Shown: in pieces, positions 6,876 to 14,350 of the stretch
How positions within the stretch are numbered: the first letter of the stretch is position 1
Layout: each line of letters opens with the position of its first letter
From: Candidatus Micrarchaeaceae archaeon
Lineage (GTDB): Archaea > Micrarchaeota > Micrarchaeia > Micrarchaeales > Micrarchaeaceae
Direction: 5' to 3'
Length of the DNA stretch: 15,383 nucleotides
Assembly (NCBI GenBank): GCA_050013715.1
Contig: JBEKES010000022.1
Coordinates: 1 to 15,383 of the forward strand
Made by a program: the position numbers and the translations under genes
Notes under the pieces: generated by a model
Database searches by the model: none
Seen by the model: the letters and a program-made list of their open reading frames with translations, nothing else
Told to the model about the DNA's origin: nothing

Positions 6876-8126
6876 TTATCTAATATTCTTATAATCCAGA
6901 ATCTCTGAAAGTGCCTTTTCGCTTGCTTCTGTGTTTCCAGTACACATTACTGCCAATTCATCATCATTAAGGCCTATAATTTCGCCTATGAATTCCTTTT
7001 GCTGCGCATTTATGTAGCTTGTGTTTGAATCAGTATAAAGCATCGTTTTCCCGTTGTTGAATTTGCTGAGCGCATTGCCATCTATTTGATTGTATTCATC
7101 TTTGTCCATTTTAATAGCTAATACTCTGCCACCTGATTTTATCGAATCGTATATGTAGGGCACATTCGTATTTATGAAAGCGCTGGTAACATCGTGGAAT
7201 ACGGTTTCCTCTCTTTTCTTGTTTCTTGAAAGGTATGTGCCCCCTTTCTTGTCAAATTTCTGTATGAGCAAGCCAATGGACACAAGAACCGCTATTATTA
7301 TGTAATATAGGTAAATCTGCTCTCCGAGTATCAGCCATGAGAATAGGAACGTAAGGAAAGGCGACAGGAAGTATATGTTAGTAACAAATGTCGTCTTTAT
7401 CATTCGCAACGCTCCGTAGTACATCAATCCTACAAACACGTTGTACACTATCCCAACGTACAATATCGCCATTAGCGCGCTTGAGTTGATGGGCTGCATC
7501 GGGGCTTTAACCGCAACGAACAGAGCGGCAAAGAACAGGAAAGCTGCAAGATTGAATATGAAGATCGCGATTTCCATGTCAAATGAGTATTTCTTTATTG
7601 CCGTGCTCGCATAGGCCATGGAGAATGCTATGGCAATAACCAGCGCTATTACTGGAATGTTTGCATTGCTGAATAGGGATATACTTCCGCCGCTTACGGC
7701 AAGGTATAATCCTGCAAACGCAAGTATCAGTGCAACAAGCTGGTATTTGCTTATGCGCTCCCTCAGCATTATGGGCAGGAATATCAGCATCACCAACGGA
7801 AATGTCCTGTATATTACTGTTGCAAGAGGAACGCTGATGTATTTCTCGGCGTAGAAAAGCCCGTATTCGAGCATTCCATAGTTCAGAATGCCAAGAAAGG
7901 CTATGAATGCCAATTCCTTTGCGTTCATTACGCTTGAGATCAATCTACCTGTCTTCTTTCTTATTAGTATGAAGGAGAATGAAACGGGAAGCGCAACCAA
8001 AAATGTAAAGAATAAATATTCGTAAATGTTTATGTTCTGCGATGCGATTTTCAGCATTATCGGCACAAGCGAACCAAGCACTAGCGACAGTACAAGATAC
8101 ACATTTGCAACGTTCTTGGTTTTCAT
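6876..8126 (-). CDS. DMT/EamA family transporter with an extra ~125-aa soluble C-terminal domain
   Basis: About 10 hydrophobic segments in two EamA-like halves (YAEKYISVPLATVIYRTFPLVMLIFLPIMLRERI; YYGALRMIKTTFVTNIYFLSPFLTFLFSWLILGEQI). Likely start ATG 8126 (ORF track extends to TTG 8165). Confidence 0.9.
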   Translation of the reverse strand: MKTKNVANVYLVLSLVLGSLVPIMLKIASQNINIYEYLFFTFLVALPVSFSFILIRKKTGRLISSVMNAKELAFIAFLGILNYGMLEYGLFYAEKYISVPLATVIYRTFPLVMLIFLPIMLRERISKYQLVALILAFAGLYLAVSGGSISLFSNANIPVIALVIAIAFSMAYASTAIKKYSFDMEIAIFIFNLAAFLFFAALFVAVKAPMQPINSSALMAILYVGIVYNVFVGLMYYGALRMIKTTFVTNIYFLSPFLTFLFSWLILGEQIYLYYIIIAVLVSIGLLIQKFDKKGGTYLSRNKKREETVFHDVTSAFINTNVPYIYDSIKSGGRVLAIKMDKDEYNQIDGNALSKFNNGKTMLYTDSNTSYINAQQKEFIGEIIGLNDDELAVMCTGNTEASEKALSEILDYKNIR

Positions 8127-8182
8127 AGCTTCCACTATAATCGGATAAATACACTCTTGCGCCAATCCTAATAAACCTTATC

Positions 8183-8232
8183 TTATTTGACAAAATAATT
8201 GTAAAAGTTTGTTGAAATGATACCTATATATA
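8183..8232. promoter_or_regulatory. Divergent promoter region: inverted repeat plus TATA box
   Basis: TTATTT-GACA-AAATAA inverted repeat at 8183-8198. TATATATA at 8225-8232 ends about 22 nt before ATG 8255, consistent with a leaderless transcript. Confidence 0.45.
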
Positions 8233-8254
8233 TTTCCTAATTCATAAGTCTAAC

Positions 8255-9283
8255 ATGGCAGACAATGGAGACTTCAAAAGCGAGTTCAACAGCAGATATA
8301 GTACCTTGCTAAAGAGGATACTGAGAATATTATCCAACAATTCAAGGACGAAGATCTCTGACATCGCAAAGAGGTCCAGCGTATCCAGAAGGACAGCTAC
8401 GCTCAAGCTCAATGCGATAGAAAAGGAACTCAAGATTTCCTATACTTTGGAATTGAACGAGGAAAGGCTAGGGCTTAGCAGGCCTCATTTGATATTGGTA
8501 AAATTCAACGCAAAATCAGATTACAGGAAAATAAGCGAACTTCTCAAGCAATCCTATATACCGCAGTTCGCAGCTTCGGTAAAGGGCACCTATGACATGA
8601 TCATATACGCAGATGCGATGTCAGGAAAGGACTACGCCTATTGGGACAAGAGCATGCGCACGCTTCTTGCAGATTACAAGGTAGAGTGGTATTCCTCTGA
8701 AGTAGTGCACAGGCAGCTGGGCTTCTTCCCATTGAGAAACGAAGCGATAGAAAAGCTCAACATAAAGGAAAAGTACAAGAAAATGCTTATGATACTAAAC
8801 AGCAATTCAAAGATAAGGTTCCAGGAATTGGCGAAACAGATGAACATGAACGTAAATACAGCTGCTTATAACTTCAATAATCTCATGAAAATGAATTACA
8901 TAGAGAATTTCACGCTTACCATGGACAAGCCGAAGGACATATCGCTCATGAGCTTCTTCAGCAAGTACATTCCTTCCCAAGGCTATGAGAGCGCAGCTGC
9001 AATGGCAAGAGCCGGTTTCACGAGTGATGATGAGGACCCGTTAATAAGCAGATACCTCATTACAGCGCCCTTAATAGGAAGCCACGACTTCTTCACATTG
9101 GGCGCATTTGACAGCTTTGACATTGCCTACAAAAAAGACGTATTGTACCACAAGAACCTGTTCAGGAAATTCAAGATAAAAGTATTATATGGAGAGATAA
9201 ACGAGATCCTGCTGGGAAAGCTACCAATAAGGACCATAGACACAAAGAAGGAATACAAGACGCTGGTATGGAGCACCAAATGA
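8255..9283 (+). CDS. Tandem-duplicated Lrp/AsnC family transcriptional regulator
   Basis: Two AsnC-type HTH segments (ILRILSNNSRTKISDIAKRSSVSRRTATLKLNAIE; MLMILNSNSKIRFQELAKQMNMNVNTAAYNFNNLMKMNYI), each followed by a RAM-like region (GTYDMIIYA; GSHDFFTLG). Confidence 0.88.
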   Translation: MADNGDFKSEFNSRYSTLLKRILRILSNNSRTKISDIAKRSSVSRRTATLKLNAIEKELKISYTLELNEERLGLSRPHLILVKFNAKSDYRKISELLKQSYIPQFAASVKGTYDMIIYADAMSGKDYAYWDKSMRTLLADYKVEWYSSEVVHRQLGFFPLRNEAIEKLNIKEKYKKMLMILNSNSKIRFQELAKQMNMNVNTAAYNFNNLMKMNYIENFTLTMDKPKDISLMSFFSKYIPSQGYESAAAMARAGFTSDDEDPLISRYLITAPLIGSHDFFTLGAFDSFDIAYKKDVLYHKNLFRKFKIKVLYGEINEILLGKLPIRTIDTKKEYKTLVWSTK

Positions 9284-9292
9284 TTTTTAAGT

Positions 9293-9880
9293 CTATTTTT
9301 TAATCCATTCAATGACTTTGCCCTTTAATTTTATATCGTAATTTTCAAGATATTTATTGAGTATTTTTCTGTTAATATTCTTAAGTATCGATGCCTTAAC
9401 CTCGTCTTTTATGTGATCGTTTAGAGAGATCATGTCTATCAATGTTTTTTCAAGATCTGACACAGGTATCCAGAAATTACCGTATTTTATAGATTTGTAA
9501 CCAAAGAAATGCTCCTTTTTTATGCGTTTAATGCGGTAATTCCTTCCTTCAAAGGCCCTAATGCCTGCCCTTACGTTTCTTGGGGTAACTACAGTCAAGT
9601 TTGTTCCTTGATCTGAAAAGCCCATTATCGAAAGCGCACTTTCAAAACCATAATAAAACGGCTCAAAGGCAAAACCCACGACAGACACGTCATTATGGAA
9701 AGTATATGCAGATTTTGTAACTCTTCTTATTTCTCCTTTTTTGTTAAGATTATAAAGCATCAAATGAATGTAACTGCTGCTTATTTTTTTGTCGCTGAAT
9801 TCTATTTTTACATCAGACACTCTAAAAACAGGAAAGTCATACTTGTTAAATCTCTGCCTAAGGTAACTTATATATTTCAT
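9293..9880 (-). CDS. AbiEi-like type IV TA antitoxin / transcriptional regulator
   Basis: N-terminal wHTH (LNKKGEIRRVTKSAY), YYGFESALSIMG and VSDLEKTLIDM motifs typical of the AbiEi/COG5340 family. ATGA 4-nt overlap with the upstream toxin gene. Confidence 0.85.
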   Translation of the reverse strand: MKYISYLRQRFNKYDFPVFRVSDVKIEFSDKKISSSYIHLMLYNLNKKGEIRRVTKSAYTFHNDVSVVGFAFEPFYYGFESALSIMGFSDQGTNLTVVTPRNVRAGIRAFEGRNYRIKRIKKEHFFGYKSIKYGNFWIPVSDLEKTLIDMISLNDHIKDEVKASILKNINRKILNKYLENYDIKLKGKVIEWIKK

Positions 9881-10524
9881 TTCAATCTACTTTTTATGTA
9901 ATCTACCATCGTATCAAATGATGGTGAAATTCCTGAATAGATTAGATCTTCAAGTTTTCCCTGGTCCACAGGACTTTCCACATGCTTGATGAATTCTTTC
10001 AGCATTTCGCTGCATTTGCCATCTAAAGATTCAATCGATGCCAAATGATAAATGTCGTATAAATCCCGAACATACTTTCTGCTAATATATGCATCAATTT
10101 TTTCCTTTATTAAATCTTTTACAGGCAAAGTAGTAACTATCAGCCTGGAACCGTTTGCACGCAGGTATTCTTTCTGTGTAGTATTGATGCCACTTTTGGG
10201 CTTCATTATTTCTAATTTTACCATTGAGGAATTGCTTGATGCCGTGAAAATCATATTTGTATAATTAGGATATTCCAGGTTTATGCCTCTTTTCGAAAGA
10301 GCCCATGTTAAGGTGTTTTTGATCTTTCTTGCCTGGAGGTCATTTGCATATATGTCTATGTCTTCGGAGAATCTATTGCCATTGTAGCACCTCCATATTG
10401 ATGTCCCTCCATGCAATATTATTCCTATATCGATTTCCAATGCCGCCTCAAGAACAGAATCCTGGAGCCTTGCCATAGCTATTTGCACATCGGACTTTAG
10501 CTGCACCTCGATGGGTTCACTCAT
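9877..10524 (-). CDS. AbiEii/AbiGii family nucleotidyltransferase toxin
   Basis: All family motifs present: LHGGTSI, RFSEDID, EKIDAYISR, RDLYD. Confidence 0.92.
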   Translation of the reverse strand: MSEPIEVQLKSDVQIAMARLQDSVLEAALEIDIGIILHGGTSIWRCYNGNRFSEDIDIYANDLQARKIKNTLTWALSKRGINLEYPNYTNMIFTASSNSSMVKLEIMKPKSGINTTQKEYLRANGSRLIVTTLPVKDLIKEKIDAYISRKYVRDLYDIYHLASIESLDGKCSEMLKEFIKHVESPVDQGKLEDLIYSGISPSFDTMVDYIKSRLK

Positions 10525-10527
10525 TAA

Positions 10528-10563
10528 ATTACCTAAATTATATTATAATATAATTATGGTAAT
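10528..10563. promoter_or_regulatory. 36-bp palindrome, candidate AbiEi operator
   Basis: ATTACC-TA-AATTATATTATAATATAATT-AT-GGTAAT: 16 of 18 pairs match, with a perfect 20-bp core (10536-10555). It lies between a TATA-like run (about 10564-10572) and the toxin ATG at 10524. Confidence 0.7.
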
Positions 10564-10600
10564 ATATATAATTATCGTTTAGACTTATGCCAATTTAATA

Positions 10601-11371
10601 TCAGTTCATTTGATTATTATCGAATTTCAATTTGTAGGCGCTTTCCTTGAGGAGCTTCTTCTTTTGCCTGTAATCGGGTATTATCTCGCTTACCAGCTTC
10701 CAGAATGATTTTGAATGGTTGTGATGCTTGGTATGGGCAAGCTCGTGCACTATCACGTAATCAATGCAGTCGCTTGGCATGAAGAGGAGCTTGTAATTCA
10801 GGGTAAGCTTGGCGCCATCGAATCTTCTGCTGGTTGAACAGGAGCCCCATTTGGTATGGGCATTTGTTATCTTTATATTATCGATCTCGCTATGGAAGAA
10901 TTGGCCATTGAAAAAGCTGATGCGGTCGTTTACCTCATTTAGCATTGCCTTGGATATGAGCTTACGACCAAGCTTTGCAATGGATTCGTCTTTCTGCTCA
11001 ATGCTCCAAAAAGATGGAATTTTGATGATTATATCGCTATTATTGACATGTGCCCTTGCAGATTTGCGATCCGATTCAAGAATATGCACAGTAAATGGCT
11101 TTCCCAGAAGATTCAACAATTGGTTGTCATGAAATGATATTATCTCTTTCTTGCCTTGGTAAAGATAAATCTCAGGCTTTTTGAGTATGCTTTTCCTTAT
11201 CTTTGAGTAAAGATCTGATGCAAGCTTGTAGGATTGGGCTTTGCCGAGCCGCGATGGTATGCTTATAACAATGGAGCCGTTGCTCACCCGCGCATAGGCG
11301 TTCTTGTTGTGAGTGGAGATTATCTTAACGTCTAGTTTCCTATCGCTAACAGCAACTTCAGGAAAGTCCAT
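10601..11371 (-). CDS. YgjP/DUF45-like (M48/SprT-like) zinc metallopeptidase domain protein
   Basis: KWGSCS, LNYKLLFMP, IDYVIVHELAH (HExxH) and NHSKSFW motifs. Likely start ATG 11371 (ORF track extends to 11401). Confidence 0.9.
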   Translation of the reverse strand: MDFPEVAVSDRKLDVKIISTHNKNAYARVSNGSIVISIPSRLGKAQSYKLASDLYSKIRKSILKKPEIYLYQGKKEIISFHDNQLLNLLGKPFTVHILESDRKSARAHVNNSDIIIKIPSFWSIEQKDESIAKLGRKLISKAMLNEVNDRISFFNGQFFHSEIDNIKITNAHTKWGSCSTSRRFDGAKLTLNYKLLFMPSDCIDYVIVHELAHTKHHNHSKSFWKLVSEIIPDYRQKKKLLKESAYKLKFDNNQMN

Positions 11372-11641
11372 GATCAATACCAATAGAACAATTAGATGCA
11401 TTAATTATTTATACATTAGATTAACACATTCGGAAGCCTAAAAATAAAGTAGTGTGTAAAAATAAAAAGAAGAAATAGGAAAGTTTAAATAGTGAGTAAT
11501 CTAAAGTATATAATAGTATAAAAGAATGATAGATAATAGTAAATTTGATAAGTAAAAATTACAATTATTGTCTTGTTTTAAATTAATTGTTTTGTAATTA
11601 ATAATACAAAATTATTATTACATAATAGAATAGGTAATATA

Positions 11642-14341
11642 TTGAAAATTATATGGTTGGGTTTAATTATATTATTTCTATTGCCTAATCTGATTATAGC
11701 ACATTCGCAGGCAGTTGGTAATATTAATAATTGGACCTCTTTTACATTAAATAATAACAATTCACGTTATCAAGCAAATTTTACAATAAATTCTTTTAAT
11801 ATCGGTAATATAGTAGAAAAATGGCAGATAAACACAGGTACTGGTATAGTTACTTCAACACCCATAGTAAATAATGGGAACGTATACTTTACAGATTGGA
11901 ATGGAAGCGTATATTCTGCAAACGTATTAACAGGATCGCCAAATTGGAAGGCAAATGTAGGGCAAACCATTTCTTCAACACTTTTGATAGCTAATGGAAT
12001 AGTGTATGTAGGATATGGGTTATCTGGACCTATTAGCGTGATGGCCATAAACGAATATAAAGGTAAGGAAATTTGGCATAGCATTTTATCACCTGAACCT
12101 AAACAAAAAGAAATATGGGCATCTCCAATTTTTTATAATGGTTTATTATATATAGGTGCAACTGGTCTAGAAGATACAAACAGTTCTACATCAGGAGGAA
12201 TTTATGCTCTAAATGCACAAACAGGAACATTAGTTTGGAATTTTAGTACATCAAAAGGATCGGCTGCTGGTGATGGTGTATGGGGATCGATTGTAGTAGA
12301 TCCTAATTTAAATTCGGTATATTTTGGTACAGGAAACCCTTATCTTAACGAATCGTACCCTAACACATTATATGGATATGCTATAATGTCCTTAAACGCA
12401 ACGAACGGAAAGCTTGTTTGGTATAAGCAAGTTTACACTAATTATTCAGAAGGACAAGATAATGATTTTGGATCTACACCAAATCTATTCTCCATGACAG
12501 TAAACGGGATTACGTACAATGCCATTGGTCTAGGAAATAAAAATGGCAAATATTATATATTAGATCGTGATAATGGAAGTTTCATAAAAAATTACACTAT
12601 TGAACATTATACACTTTATACTGGTGTAATCGGTCTTCCCGGATTTGTATATCAATCTAATTCAAGTAACCCTGAGTTGTTTATACCTTCATTTTACCAT
12701 CCAGAATCATTGGCAGGTATTAATGGCATAGTTGAAGCAGTATACCCTTCTAATAATTACATACCATGGAGATTTTATACCCCTGGAGCTATGATAGGAT
12801 CTGTTTCAGAAGTTCCTGGAACTGTGCTTTTTGGAGATAATTTTAGTAATTTTTATGCAGTAAATATTTTGACTGGTAACTCGCTTTTTACTGATAATTT
12901 TAATAGTGAAATATTAGCTGGTATAACTCCTGCAGATGGATTTATCTTAATACCATTAGCAGGATTTGCACCAGGTCAAAAATCAGGGATAGTTGCTTTT
13001 ACAACACCTGCAAATATTACTAAAACAAATCTTACTGTATGGAATGCAAGTAATTGGCCAACCACTTCTCTTATTTTATCTAATGCCACGTTTACTTGCT
13101 ATCTAGTATCAAAAGATTATATAGATGTGAATTCAAGTTGGTGCCAAAATGGAACAACACTTTATCAGTCGAATGAAACTGGTTGGAAAACTTTAATAAT
13201 TAATAATACTAATTACTCGGACTTCGAAATTGACATGAAAGAGAATATAATTTCTGGTAATAATTTTAAAATCTTAATGGATTACAATCCAACTACAGGT
13301 GACTTTTATTCGCTGACATTATCTAAGAATTTTAATACCATTACTTTTGATATATGGAAAAATTGGACAAGAATAAATTATATAAAATTAGCAACAGATC
13401 AAAATGAAACTAACAAAATTGGCGTCATATCTTATAATAACACATTTTCAGTTCTTTTAAATAATAAAACTATTGCAGTTATTAATAACACCTACATTAG
13501 TGGGATTAGTAATACAACTTATTCGTCAGGTAAGTTAGCAATAGCGACAGAATCTTCTTCCGTAATTATAAGTAATTTATCAGTATATTCCTATGCAACT
13601 CCTCCGAAAATTCTAGGTAACTTTCAAACGTCTGATTTAGTATTACTATTTTCATTTTTCACAATCTTTGTGCTTATGGCGATTCTAAGTAAAGAAAAAG
13701 GTGAGAAACTAAAGAATATTTTGCTAGATACTATAACAGTTATAATTATAATTTTACCGATTTTGATTTTCCTACTTCTTGGAAACTTTCCAGGAATCTT
13801 CTTTATATTATATGTAATATATTTGTATATTATTTATTTTATATACACTAAAAAGTTTAAGTTTTATACTAAAAATTTAGAGAATAGATTACTATTCGTT
13901 TATGCAATTTTGGTTATACAATTAATTATTGCACTTTTTGACTATTACATAGTTCAAAGTTTCAAAGGATCAGAATTACTTTACCTTTCTGGTACATATC
14001 AGAATCTGTTGTTCTACAAGTTTGAACCCATCATATGGTTGCTGTTTGCTTTCATGTATTTCTTAGGTAATAGAAAGGAGTTAGGTAACAGCATAAAAAT
14101 CTTTATTTTAGGAATATTCATAACTTTTTCACCAATTGAGGATTTCTTGTATTACTTTTTATCTGGCACTAAATTACCAACACAATTCCCGTGGATTACA
14201 ACCGCATCAAGTTTACTAGGTAATCCACTTACACAAACAAAATTAGTTGTATGGCTTATCTTAATTCTGGGATTATCGGTTTTAATAATATTATTCCCAA
14301 TAGATGATCTTTTCAAAAAAGCACATAAAACAGAAAAATAA
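11642..14341 (+). CDS. Secreted PQQ-type beta-propeller protein fused to a ConA/DUF1080-like beta-sandwich and about 7 C-terminal TM helices
   Basis: TTG start after AGGTAAT; signal peptide. PQQ-enzyme features: NWTSF...NSRY, STPIV, repeated A(L)NxxTGxxxW blades, GDGVWG, VYFGTGNPY, DNDFGSTP. Beta-sandwich about 13030-13590 (YSDFEIDMK...YSSGKLAI...SNLSV). Hydrophobic segments about 13630-14300. Many N-x-S/T sequons. Confidence 0.85.
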   Translation: MKIIWLGLIILFLLPNLIIAHSQAVGNINNWTSFTLNNNNSRYQANFTINSFNIGNIVEKWQINTGTGIVTSTPIVNNGNVYFTDWNGSVYSANVLTGSPNWKANVGQTISSTLLIANGIVYVGYGLSGPISVMAINEYKGKEIWHSILSPEPKQKEIWASPIFYNGLLYIGATGLEDTNSSTSGGIYALNAQTGTLVWNFSTSKGSAAGDGVWGSIVVDPNLNSVYFGTGNPYLNESYPNTLYGYAIMSLNATNGKLVWYKQVYTNYSEGQDNDFGSTPNLFSMTVNGITYNAIGLGNKNGKYYILDRDNGSFIKNYTIEHYTLYTGVIGLPGFVYQSNSSNPELFIPSFYHPESLAGINGIVEAVYPSNNYIPWRFYTPGAMIGSVSEVPGTVLFGDNFSNFYAVNILTGNSLFTDNFNSEILAGITPADGFILIPLAGFAPGQKSGIVAFTTPANITKTNLTVWNASNWPTTSLILSNATFTCYLVSKDYIDVNSSWCQNGTTLYQSNETGWKTLIINNTNYSDFEIDMKENIISGNNFKILMDYNPTTGDFYSLTLSKNFNTITFDIWKNWTRINYIKLATDQNETNKIGVISYNNTFSVLLNNKTIAVINNTYISGISNTTYSSGKLAIATESSSVIISNLSVYSYATPPKILGNFQTSDLVLLFSFFTIFVLMAILSKEKGEKLKNILLDTITVIIIILPILIFLLLGNFPGIFFILYVIYLYIIYFIYTKKFKFYTKNLENRLLFVYAILVIQLIIALFDYYIVQSFKGSELLYLSGTYQNLLFYKFEPIIWLLFAFMYFLGNRKELGNSIKIFILGIFITFSPIEDFLYYFLSGTKLPTQFPWITTASSLLGNPLTQTKLVVWLILILGLSVLIILFPIDDLFKKAHKTEK

Positions 14342-14350
14342 GGTAATGGA

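Noticed and set aside
11526..11555. Tiny ORF MIDNSKFDK upstream of the PQQ gene (possible leader peptide)
   Set aside because: Nine codons, no RBS and no informative composition; expected by chance.
11557..11622. Several overlapping AT-rich inverted repeats (e.g. TTTTGTA-N8-TACAAAA at 11590-11611)
   Set aside because: The region is almost entirely A/T, so short inverted repeats are expected by chance.
11642..13000. BamB or methanol dehydrogenase (mxaF/xoxF) gene call
   Set aside because: Archaeal context, no vicinal Cys-Cys and extra fused domains; only the propeller family is supported.
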